In this document: piece after piece, positions 30,091-38,483 of the stretch
Layout of the letters: every line of letters begins with the position of its first letter
Position numbering within the stretch: the first letter of the stretch is position 1
From: a virus
Length of the DNA: 64,000 bases
IMG/VR virus record: IMGVR_UViG_3300009788_000003
Span: 1-64,000 of that record
Reading direction: 5' to 3' (one strand)
The notes under the pieces: model-generated
Seen by the model: only the letters and a program-made list of their open reading frames with translations
Told to the model about the DNA's origin: nothing
The model's database searches: none
Position numbers and translations under genes: made by a program

Positions 30091-31065
30091 TTAGCCGATG
30101 TTAATGTACTTAACCACTGCTTCTTCTTCTTCGTACTTGAAGTCGATTCGCAGGGTCATGACAATAACGAAAACGCGCTCAGTGATAATCTTATCAACTT
30201 CGACAGACAGTTGACGCTGAATACCCCAGATCATGTTATTCGGATTGGTGAAGAGTCCATTCGCGGCAGGCATAACAGCAGCACCTTCGACCTTTGTTCC
30301 CAAAGCCCAAAGAATCGGAGTTACCTGATCATTGACGGTATCACCACCGTTGGTTTCCCGGTTAGCACGAGTGTCCTGATACTCAGTATAGTTGTCCATA
30401 CTCACGAAGTTTTTCAACTGCGCCAATGTGCCTTTGTACTGATCAGGAAGGGTTTTGATACCATTCTTGAACAGAGTACGAGAAACGACAGCAGCCCCGT
30501 TATCGACCACATTCGAAGTGGCAGCAACAAGGAAACCATCCAACAGGGCAAGATACGCATCACCGGAACCTGTGTCACCCAGAATCGCTAATTCTTCTAG
30601 GTCAATGGCAACACGTTCTGCCATCATCTCCATGATGGTATCTTTAAAGTCACCCTGAACAACACCGGAACCTGTCATGCTTGGGTCTGCGTTAATGCTT
30701 GCACCACCCTGTTCAATGTTGTCTTCGATAACATCGTAAGGCAACCGGACTTCAGCAATAACTTCCTTGGTAGTCAGTTGCACTTGCTCAGTGGTTGCTT
30801 TACTGCGCCGATTGGTTGGGGATGTATCTTCATCCAGTGCCGTGCCAGAAATCGCAGGCATCAGGATTCTATCACCAAATCCAATCTTGTCGATGTTACG
30901 TTGGGGAGAACTCATCACAACAGTACGCATCTGGTTAAGGATGGTAGGTGTAGTTCTGAGCTTGCGAATAAATGCGGCAGCTTGTTCTGGATTTAACAGA
31001 CCACCAGAAGCCAAGTCTGCAAGCGTCATATCCGCTTTTTGGATAATCTTACTATTAGAAGACAT
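30091..31065 (-). CDS. major capsid protein (PBSX XkdG/P2-like, HK97 fold)
   Basis: GGLLNPEQA..FI, EDNIE, DLEEL.I.GD, T.P.N...GI.R motifs. Confidence 0.9.
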   Translation of the reverse strand: MSSNSKIIQKADMTLADLASGGLLNPEQAAAFIRKLRTTPTILNQMRTVVMSSPQRNIDKIGFGDRILMPAISGTALDEDTSPTNRRSKATTEQVQLTTKEVIAEVRLPYDVIEDNIEQGGASINADPSMTGSGVVQGDFKDTIMEMMAERVAIDLEELAILGDTGSGDAYLALLDGFLVAATSNVVDNGAAVVSRTLFKNGIKTLPDQYKGTLAQLKNFVSMDNYTEYQDTRANRETNGGDTVNDQVTPILWALGTKVEGAAVMPAANGLFTNPNNMIWGIQRQLSVEVDKIITERVFVIVMTLRIDFKYEEEEAVVKYINIG

Positions 31066-31103
31066 ATTTAATACTCCAATTTACAAAAGTTACAATTTAA
31101 AGA

Positions 31104-32291
31104 CTAAGATAGCTCAACGTCACCGAAGTCCAACACATTATCCCACTTCACTGCTTTAGCTTTCTTCGGTTCAGCTTCAGAGTTATCTTCGGCTTCCTCA
31201 GAGTTGACAGTACCCGCTAGGGCTTCATCAGTCTTTTTTACCTTGGCTTCCAGATCAGTCAATCGATCAGAAAGTTCTTTCATCGCTTCAGTCTGGGAAG
31301 TTTTAAGTTCCGCAAGACCATCCACGATACCAGTTAAAGATTTGGTCATTGCTGCAATAGCATCTTCCGAACCTTCAGCTTGGGTTCCATCCGGGTCTTT
31401 CGATACGGCTTCTTCTGAATCATCACCATCTGCCCCGGCATCTTCATCATCACCGTTTTCATCAGACCCATTTTCATCATCACCGTTTTCATCCGCACCG
31501 GAATCATCCGCACCAGAAGAATCTTCAGCTACAGCATCATCTTCTTCTTCCTCCCCATCTTCATCATCCTGCTTCGTAGTTTCCTTTGCAGGCTTTTTCT
31601 TGGAAGCTTTTTTCGGGGGGGCTTTTTTCGGTGCATTCAGCAAACCCTTTTCAACTTCCACTACAATTTCTTCAGCTTTGAAAGCCTGAACAGGGATTGT
31701 AGAAAGGATTGCATCGATGTACCCGCCGAAATCCGAAATTGCCTTTTGCACGGCTTCTTTGGTTTCAGCAGCATCACCTTCAGAGAAGATAATATTCCCA
31801 ACAGTTTCATTGAGAATTTCATTGGCGATATGATAGGAAGGCGCAAATCCTGCCTTCGTAATATTTTCGATGAATGAATTGCTGTCTGGAAAAGCCAGAA
31901 GACCTTTCTCTACTCCGACAACAATCAGTGCGACCTCATCTGAGATTTTCAATGCAACGGCATCTTTCATTTCATCAGACTTGGTAAACATCAGGGTTAC
32001 ACTTTCGTTTTCCCCTTCTGTTACGTGGTCAACTTCAAAACCCCCATCAGCAAGGGCTTTGGTATAAACTTCCTGATCAGCCGATTTTGCTAATACAACT
32101 GCAACAACCGCAGGGTCTAGTTTGGTTTCATCTTTCCAAACAAAAAGATTTGAAATATTCATGGTGGGTTCTCCATCAGATTTTACGATACGAAAAGGAA
32201 TGCGATTCGCACCACGCTTAACTAAAGAGATTATATTCACATCCATTTCCGAAAGTTCACGGGCTTGGATTACTACCTTTTTACGGGTCAT
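31104..32291 (-). CDS. scaffold-like protein with acidic low-complexity linker
   Basis: ISLVKRGAN motif, D/E-rich repeats, C-terminal coiled coil; between protease and MCP. Confidence 0.7.
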   Translation of the reverse strand: MTRKKVVIQARELSEMDVNIISLVKRGANRIPFRIVKSDGEPTMNISNLFVWKDETKLDPAVVAVVLAKSADQEVYTKALADGGFEVDHVTEGENESVTLMFTKSDEMKDAVALKISDEVALIVVGVEKGLLAFPDSNSFIENITKAGFAPSYHIANEILNETVGNIIFSEGDAAETKEAVQKAISDFGGYIDAILSTIPVQAFKAEEIVVEVEKGLLNAPKKAPPKKASKKKPAKETTKQDDEDGEEEEDDAVAEDSSGADDSGADENGDDENGSDENGDDEDAGADGDDSEEAVSKDPDGTQAEGSEDAIAAMTKSLTGIVDGLAELKTSQTEAMKELSDRLTDLEAKVKKTDEALAGTVNSEEAEDNSEAEPKKAKAVKWDNVLDFGDVELS

Positions 32292-33022
32292 TGCGTGTAT
32301 ACCTCAACGAAGCTAAATCGGTGTGCATGGTCATTGGTCTCTTCGGTAATAGTACCTCGCTTGATAAGGTGTACATGATCAGCATTGTCATCAATCGTTT
32401 TGCCCCCAAGAAAATTCCCTTCATCATCGAAGTGAACCTTGAAAACATGTTTATGATTCTGCTCTTTATCTGTTTCACCTTTAACAAACTCTGGAATTTC
32501 AATTTCCAGTTCAGTATCTTTACCTTGCCCTACACCATCTAATGAGAAGCCATTAATCTCCCCACTCTTTATAAGTTCCCAAACGGCATCATCCATAATT
32601 TTGATTCCTGCAACCCAAGCATTTTCAATAAAGTCTGGGTCTCCCTTGCGAACTATAAAACTTTCGACCACAGCAGCAGCAATTTCATCCCTGCTATGAT
32701 TTACATCAACCTTTGTTACCCTGCCATTTGCCAGAAACCCATGCCCCATCTCACGCACAGTTTCAATAGTCATAAAATCATTATCTGAATCTGGGGTATT
32801 AGGAACATAGACTTCAGCGTAAACAATCTGTAGTTCCTCATCTATTTTTTTGATATTCATCAAATGATTTTTGGTAACAGTCTCATCTTTTTCAAACTGA
32901 GAAAAACAAACCGCAGCCCTTTGGTCTGTATCAGGAAAATCTTTAACTGCTGTTGGATTACTCATGCAACGCGCAATAAAATTATCCCTTGATTCACCCG
33001 TATTAGGTGTGGGTAACGGCAT
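32288..33022 (-). CDS. XkdF-like prohead serine protease
   Basis: IVYAEVYVP..DS..D, D.NH, VVESF, W..IK.GE.NGFS. Confidence 0.85.
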   Translation of the reverse strand: MPLPTPNTGESRDNFIARCMSNPTAVKDFPDTDQRAAVCFSQFEKDETVTKNHLMNIKKIDEELQIVYAEVYVPNTPDSDNDFMTIETVREMGHGFLANGRVTKVDVNHSRDEIAAAVVESFIVRKGDPDFIENAWVAGIKIMDDAVWELIKSGEINGFSLDGVGQGKDTELEIEIPEFVKGETDKEQNHKHVFKVHFDDEGNFLGGKTIDDNADHVHLIKRGTITEETNDHAHRFSFVEVYTQ

Positions 33023-33052
33023 TTTTTCTCAAAGCCAATAATCTATGTGTGT

Positions 33053-33070
33053 AATTTAGAACTACCTAAC
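33053..33070 (-). promoter_or_regulatory. candidate late promoter GTTAGG-N6-TAAATT
   Basis: aligned motif; 18-bp box 17 nt upstream (33088-33105). Confidence 0.6.
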
Positions 33071-33108
33071 GCGAATCGCAAGGATTTTTTGATACTAAGG
33101 TCAAACGA

Positions 33109-33318
33109 TTATTCTTCTTCGAATATAAAGTTTCCTGTCTCTAGATCAACTTCAGGGAATAACTCTTCAATCGATTCATCATCAGTTATTAGTGGGACAT
33201 TATCCCGTCTAGTCTCTGATACCGAAACAACATCATTTTCTACATGATCGGAATCTATGAAATCCCCATTAGCATAGGTAAGGAAAGCATCACCATCTGC
33301 ATTTCTGATTTTAGCCAT
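33109..33318 (-). CDS. small acidic protein, candidate antitoxin/immunity for MuF-zeta
   Basis: TAATG-coupled to the toxin fusion; very D/E-rich. Confidence 0.5.
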   Translation of the reverse strand: MAKIRNADGDAFLTYANGDFIDSDHVENDVVSVSETRRDNVPLITDDESIEELFPEVDLETGNFIFEEE

Positions 33319-35087
33319 TAGAAACTACCTCCAACAAATTTAGGGTCAGTTCCAAAGGGAACAAGGTTATCCCACATACCCCATTTGCTAAAACTTGAAC
33401 GTAATTGATCAAAGACTATTTCATTTTGAGTGTTGGAAAGGATTACATCCAGTGGTACATATCTTCTTTCTTCACCCAATGCCCTTGCTACTGCTCTGTT
33501 TGCGGCTTCATGTCTAGGCAGATACATGTAATATCCTTCAAGTTGATACCCTGCATCAGTAAAAAGATTCATCCGTTCAATAGCTTGCCGTGCATTTTTC
33601 AAAGTCATATCATGAACCACATTGAAATTCATTCTTCTGGCAATCTTTGTGATTTCATCAAATAGATAGGAAGATTCTAGGTGAAGTTCTCCCGCATTCC
33701 ACCCTTTGTATTCTGGCAGCAACTTCTTGATTGCATCACTATCCATTAGCAATACGTTCCTTCGATCAATAGGCCCATCAACACCAGAGAACCAAGACTT
33801 ACCAGAACCCCCGCGCCCCCCTATAACAGTATATGTTGGGGCTTGTCCCGCAGTAGCCTTGGCTTGATGGAATCCATCTCTCAGAATATTAGAACGGGTT
33901 AGAACACCTGTTGCTTCATCATGACCAAGAATAACCTTTCTTATAATATCCCTGTGAACCAGTTGCCTTCCCGCAGACCAGACACCATTTACATCCCTGA
34001 ATCTATCTATGGTAGGAACTACACCATCTAACAATTCTTCAAAACCCCTGATAGTGGCAGCATCTTCCAAAACCAGAGCATCAATTATTCCTGCTTCCGT
34101 TACTGCGGTATCTCCCGCAACATAATAATCTGAAGCAGAAGTAAAAGGTTTGTCTGGAATTCTTTGACCGGGGCGCAACGGATTTACAGGTTGAACTGCT
34201 CTAGGTGCGCGAACTGCTTTCAGCAATCCCCGGCATCTGGGATGGTAAGGGGGAGTGTCCCAACCCTTAGCACGTAATTGTTCATTAGTCATTTCAGTCA
34301 AATCTTTGACAGCAGCTTTGCTTTGTAGGGGAAAGGGCGCAAGGATTTTTAAATCAGTGGGGTCAGTTATTCTTATCTGTGTATCCAATTTTGCCAGTGC
34401 GGGGGCAACCTCAAATCTCTTGCCGTGCATCCGACTACACACAGGACAAATCCTGCTATCTAATTGTTCATTAACAATATAATGAGTTACGCCCCGTGAA
34501 GATGCTTCAGCAGTAAACCCATATTGAGCCATTCTTGACATCTGAAGAGAAGAAGCAGTGCTTATCATACTGCTCCCAATATTTCCTGCACCAGTAGTCA
34601 AAGCACTTCTTAAATTAATTGGATTGATTTTTTGAACATTGGTGGAACTCCCTTTGTTAAATTCTTCTTCTTGTTGTTCTTCAAAGACAAGTCTTGCTTC
34701 CAGTTTAACAGCCAATTGTAAAAACCGTTTTCTAACAGTAATCATTGCCTGATCTAACTGGATTTGATATTGATTGGTAGCAATGGGAACCAACCCTAAA
34801 GCATTTGGATTCAAGACTACTTCAAGGTCTAGGGTATTCCCATTAACTAAAGCACCCCCAAACACTAAACCTGTTTTAAGAAGTGTATTTATTTCAGTTA
34901 GTTTGCCTTGGTATAAAAGAGAAGTGTTGATGGTATCAACTATCTCAGTAACCTTTTGCAAATCATGGGCTTGAATAGCCTTCTCAATCTGGGGGATAAC
35001 CCGTTTTAGAATACTGTTCCAACGGGGTTGAACTATAGCCTCAAGGGATGCTTCCAAGTCAAGATAGGCTTCTACTTTGACTACCAT
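33318..35087 (-). CDS. MuF-type minor head protein fused to a zeta-toxin-like P-loop kinase
   Basis: D.R.C..C..MHG and PPYHPRCR (MuF); GGRGGSGKS, DSDAIK..LPEY, H.ES, VV.D.T, RYVP (zeta). Confidence 0.85.
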   Translation of the reverse strand: MVVKVEAYLDLEASLEAIVQPRWNSILKRVIPQIEKAIQAHDLQKVTEIVDTINTSLLYQGKLTEINTLLKTGLVFGGALVNGNTLDLEVVLNPNALGLVPIATNQYQIQLDQAMITVRKRFLQLAVKLEARLVFEEQQEEEFNKGSSTNVQKINPINLRSALTTGAGNIGSSMISTASSLQMSRMAQYGFTAEASSRGVTHYIVNEQLDSRICPVCSRMHGKRFEVAPALAKLDTQIRITDPTDLKILAPFPLQSKAAVKDLTEMTNEQLRAKGWDTPPYHPRCRGLLKAVRAPRAVQPVNPLRPGQRIPDKPFTSASDYYVAGDTAVTEAGIIDALVLEDAATIRGFEELLDGVVPTIDRFRDVNGVWSAGRQLVHRDIIRKVILGHDEATGVLTRSNILRDGFHQAKATAGQAPTYTVIGGRGGSGKSWFSGVDGPIDRRNVLLMDSDAIKKLLPEYKGWNAGELHLESSYLFDEITKIARRMNFNVVHDMTLKNARQAIERMNLFTDAGYQLEGYYMYLPRHEAANRAVARALGEERRYVPLDVILSNTQNEIVFDQLRSSFSKWGMWDNLVPFGTDPKFVGGSF

Positions 35088-35090
35088 TTT

Positions 35091-37118
35091 TTAACCTAGT
35101 TGATGTGTATGACTGTTAGTAGAACCTGTTGTTGCTTCCTCATTATTCCACGTATGGGTATGACCTTCTGCTTCAGATGTAACCCCACCCTCTTCAAGAA
35201 TATGGATGTGATTATTTACACCACCGGGGCCAACGGAATCACCTGCTTCAGCCTTTTGCTCATCCTTGGCTACACACTTCCCATCACGGTACACCTGACC
35301 GGGGGGGCATTGATGCTGAGCTTTAATTCCTGCAACTGCCCCAACCAATTCAGACATCCCAACATTATCATGTTCAACGGAAGCATAGAGTTTATTACTG
35401 GTAAGCATATTGACCATATCCTGTTCAAACGCATTCAGGCTTTTAATACTTGCTCTCAATTCCTTTAAATCTTTGGCGGGGATACTCTGGGTCAAACTCT
35501 TAACCTGAATATCAGCAATTTTCCCCAGATATGATAAGTCAACTTTTGCAACAGGCTCTTCTTCACTGATAGCAATTTGCTCTTCATCTACAAAATCTTC
35601 AATGTGTGGATTCCGTACCTGATCAGCAGAACTAGAACCACTGAATCTTTCAGCAATTTCATCACCCGTTTCAGCATCCAGTTCTTTCAGGTTCACGCTT
35701 CCCACCAGATTTAGATTTTCTACCAAATCTTTCTTAGTGATAGCCCCGGCATTCATTGCTGTTCGAAGTGTGTTCAGATTTGTTTCAGCATCAGCAACAG
35801 TCAGGGGTTTAGATTTAATCCGGTAAACCCCTTTGGTCATTTCCTTCATAACCGTGTTATTAAACGCTTCATCGAACTCCATTCTTTCCGGTTGGAATAC
35901 CTGAGCTTCAGCCAACGTATAGGAAGCGAACACAGAAGCATAAGAATAATCATCAGCCTTACCGACAAACAACGGGGGCAATCTGAAGGAAGCACGAACA
36001 CGTTGCTCACACCGAACATCATAATTTTCAAACATTGAATCCTGTTGACGGTCAGAACCAAAGGATTCTATATCGACACGCACACCACCACCTTTATCAA
36101 TAGTTCCTGATGTGCTCTGAATATCGGCAACGATACCTTTTAATTTGTTTCGTGCTTTACCCGCAAGCAAACCTTCCAATTGTTTTCTAGCAGCCTGAGC
36201 CATTGCACCACCAGAGATAAAGACCATCAAAGGGGGAATACCACCTGCTGCAAAATACTCAAGATTCAATTCTTCAGCAGAACGCGAACCAATAACGGAA
36301 GGCAATTGATTCAACCAACGGGGAACACCATAAGGGGATACAGCAGATCGATGAACAGTCAAGTAAATGATTTCACTAGCCCTTTCTTCAAACGGTAATC
36401 TTTTTCCTGCTTCCTCAACAAAAACACCTGTGGCTTTGGTAAGATCACGGCTAGAACCAAACTCTTTGAAATAGATTTTCCTACGGGCAACCAATTGCAC
36501 AAACCGTCTTTCCCGTGCCATAGTTTGAATTTTCATTTCCACCCCACCGCGAATTAAAGTTTTCACGGTAGGAACGGCTTGCCCTAATTTCATTAATCGA
36601 ATCGTTTTCGATTCCAGAACCCGCATGAAAACAATTTCATCTTTGGGGTTTCTGATGACTTCGATACAAGCATATCCAGAAATTTCTTCCTGTCTCCGCA
36701 TCTGTCTACGCAGAGTTACAAAAGAAACAGTGGGGGAAACCTCCATCAAAAATTCCCTGACAGGCTTAAGGGCAGCTTCATCTGCATCAGTTAAGTCTTC
36801 ATGATCAGTACGAACAATATCAAAACCCGTTCCATCAATATTGACCTCCATAGCGGAGATACACTGATTCAGGGAATTGTTTTGTTCGACAAGGGAATAG
36901 TAAATATCTGGGGAAATCTCTGGTTGAAGAACATTAGCCGTATAATTATTCGTAAATGTATCTTCGATTTCCAGAGCATTAGAAGTTATCTGTGCTTCCG
37001 CTTTTACAATAGCGGTAACATTTGTTTCCAGTTTACGCACATTGGAAGGGGGGGTAGCAGGTTTCGCTTTCTTACGGGTACGAGTAGCACCAGTTTTCAA
37101 CTTGGTTGTTTCAGCCAT
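35091..37118 (-). CDS. portal protein (PBSX family)
   Basis: YGVPRW..QLP, GGIPP, VR.SFRLPP.FVG...DY..A. Confidence 0.9.
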   Translation of the reverse strand: MAETTKLKTGATRTRKKAKPATPPSNVRKLETNVTAIVKAEAQITSNALEIEDTFTNNYTANVLQPEISPDIYYSLVEQNNSLNQCISAMEVNIDGTGFDIVRTDHEDLTDADEAALKPVREFLMEVSPTVSFVTLRRQMRRQEEISGYACIEVIRNPKDEIVFMRVLESKTIRLMKLGQAVPTVKTLIRGGVEMKIQTMARERRFVQLVARRKIYFKEFGSSRDLTKATGVFVEEAGKRLPFEERASEIIYLTVHRSAVSPYGVPRWLNQLPSVIGSRSAEELNLEYFAAGGIPPLMVFISGGAMAQAARKQLEGLLAGKARNKLKGIVADIQSTSGTIDKGGGVRVDIESFGSDRQQDSMFENYDVRCEQRVRASFRLPPLFVGKADDYSYASVFASYTLAEAQVFQPERMEFDEAFNNTVMKEMTKGVYRIKSKPLTVADAETNLNTLRTAMNAGAITKKDLVENLNLVGSVNLKELDAETGDEIAERFSGSSSADQVRNPHIEDFVDEEQIAISEEEPVAKVDLSYLGKIADIQVKSLTQSIPAKDLKELRASIKSLNAFEQDMVNMLTSNKLYASVEHDNVGMSELVGAVAGIKAQHQCPPGQVYRDGKCVAKDEQKAEAGDSVGPGGVNNHIHILEEGGVTSEAEGHTHTWNNEEATTGSTNSHTHQLG

Positions 37119-37152
37119 GCGCTAAACCCAAAAAAATAATCGGAAGGGGGAA

Positions 37153-37170
37153 AGTGTATATCCTCCTAAC
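37153..37170 (-). promoter_or_regulatory. candidate late promoter GTTAGG-N6-TACACT
   Basis: near-identical to the 9277 copy, including upstream CTATAG. Confidence 0.6.
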
Positions 37171-37202
37171 CGATTATTCTATAGTTTCAGACTGAGAGCA
37201 AC

Positions 37203-37850
37203 CTATTTAACAGCGTCTTTCCACTCCGAAGTAAGCCCCCAATTATCAGCACAGACCGGGCCAAACCCCGCAGTTACCGAATTCTCATGGGTCAGAGTCT
37301 TATTACAGAAGCAACATGAACCATGTTTGTGTCCATAGTTGGCGGCAAATCCCGCAGGGTTAAGTGAAAGTTCTTTCAGCAAATTCCCAACTTCATCAGT
37401 TGCGCTATAAGATTTTTCCCAATTCCCAACATCGTCAACCCTGCCATACCAGATGTTATGACCGTAAGGTTGTCCATCCGTGACATTTATGGTTCCCGGC
37501 TTTGCTGCCTGTTTTCCTGCCAGTGATAACATCACAGTTCCACCTGATTCAGTAGTCAGGCTAATCTTCGGGTACTTCAGATTTCCCTTGGCTTTAGTGA
37601 ACAATTCAATCACTCCCGAAAAATCCCCAACACGTTCTTTGGGCAAATCGGGTTTGGGGGCAGTGGCTTGCTTCACCAGACTAGCAACAAAATTCCATTG
37701 CGGTTCAGTCAGGGAATTATCATGTTGACCTTTCTTGATGTATTGGCTCACCAAAGAATAAGCAGCATCAGCAGCTTTTTCACTGAAGGGGTGAGTGTGA
37801 AGCAGCGTTTCCAATTCCACTGCTAAAGATTGCTTGGTGGTCATTTCCAT
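37203..37850 (-). CDS. DUF6011-domain protein
   Basis: C..C..TLT...S...GFGPVC. Confidence 0.75.
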   Translation of the reverse strand: MEMTTKQSLAVELETLLHTHPFSEKAADAAYSLVSQYIKKGQHDNSLTEPQWNFVASLVKQATAPKPDLPKERVGDFSGVIELFTKAKGNLKYPKISLTTESGGTVMLSLAGKQAAKPGTINVTDGQPYGHNIWYGRVDDVGNWEKSYSATDEVGNLLKELSLNPAGFAANYGHKHGSCCFCNKTLTHENSVTAGFGPVCADNWGLTSEWKDAVK

Positions 37851-38088
37851 TATGCTTCTTCCTTCGCATCAAGTTTCCACATTGCATCAGCTATATGATC
37901 GTAGGCAATACAATCAATTGCATCATCAACATGGGCATTAAGAAATTCATACTTTTCATAACCAGTAATTCCCAATCTTTCAATAGCGACTCTAACGCTT
38001 TTTGAAGTGAATGATTCTGGTGAATGCCCCATATCAAAATAGATATGGTTAGCTATCGCATCAATGTTTTTCTGTTTACGTGGTGTCA
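37850..38088 (-). CDS. hypothetical protein (start approximate)
   Basis: GGAGA SD before MTPRKQ. Confidence 0.55.
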
Positions 38089-38130
38089 TTGTTTCTCTCC
38101 TAAACTTTAATGAATTTGATACTAAGATCA

Positions 38131-38150
38131 AAAAAGCCCCCGTAGGGGCT
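38131..38150 (-). terminator. intrinsic terminator
   Basis: AGCCCC TACG GGGGCT plus T6 on the minus strand. Confidence 0.75.
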
Positions 38151-38157
38151 AAGTTGA

Positions 38158-38376
38158 TTATGCGTTAAAAGTGGTAGCCATTGAGTAACGACCGTAAGGA
38201 AAACAAAATTCATTTCCTTCTGAATCAATCTGAATGCCAACAGTCTTCGGGCCATAAAGATCAGTGTCAAGGGTAACGCGCTTTGCAGTACGCTTGATAA
38301 CAGTTGCAGTAAAAATACAGTCATAGTTACAAATGCTGCGGTCTGAAAGTTCTTGTCCTGCGTAAAATTTGTTCAT
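38158..38376 (-). CDS. hypothetical early protein
   Basis: has its own promoter, leader and terminator. Confidence 0.7.
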   Translation of the reverse strand: MNKFYAGQELSDRSICNYDCIFTATVIKRTAKRVTLDTDLYGPKTVGIQIDSEGNEFCFPYGRYSMATTFNA

Positions 38377-38409
38377 CGTGTTAGTCTCTTTGTTTGTTTG
38401 TATACCTTA

Positions 38410-38437
38410 AGTATAGCATTCCCTTAATATTTGTCAA
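38410..38437 (-). promoter_or_regulatory. sigma70 promoter with 18-bp box 6 nt upstream of -35
   Basis: TTGACAAATA...TGCTATACT; box at 38444-38461. Confidence 0.8.
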
Positions 38438-38467
38438 GGAATATTTGATCTTAGTATCACTTATTTA

Positions 38468-38483
38468 TGTGATGTAGTTCACA
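38468..38483. promoter_or_regulatory. CRP-consensus-like site
   Basis: TGTGA-TGTAGT-TCACA. Confidence 0.5.

Noticed and set aside
31400-31575. Short tandem repeats (TCATCATCACCGTTTTCATC)
   Set aside because: Explained by the acidic low-complexity linker of the scaffold protein
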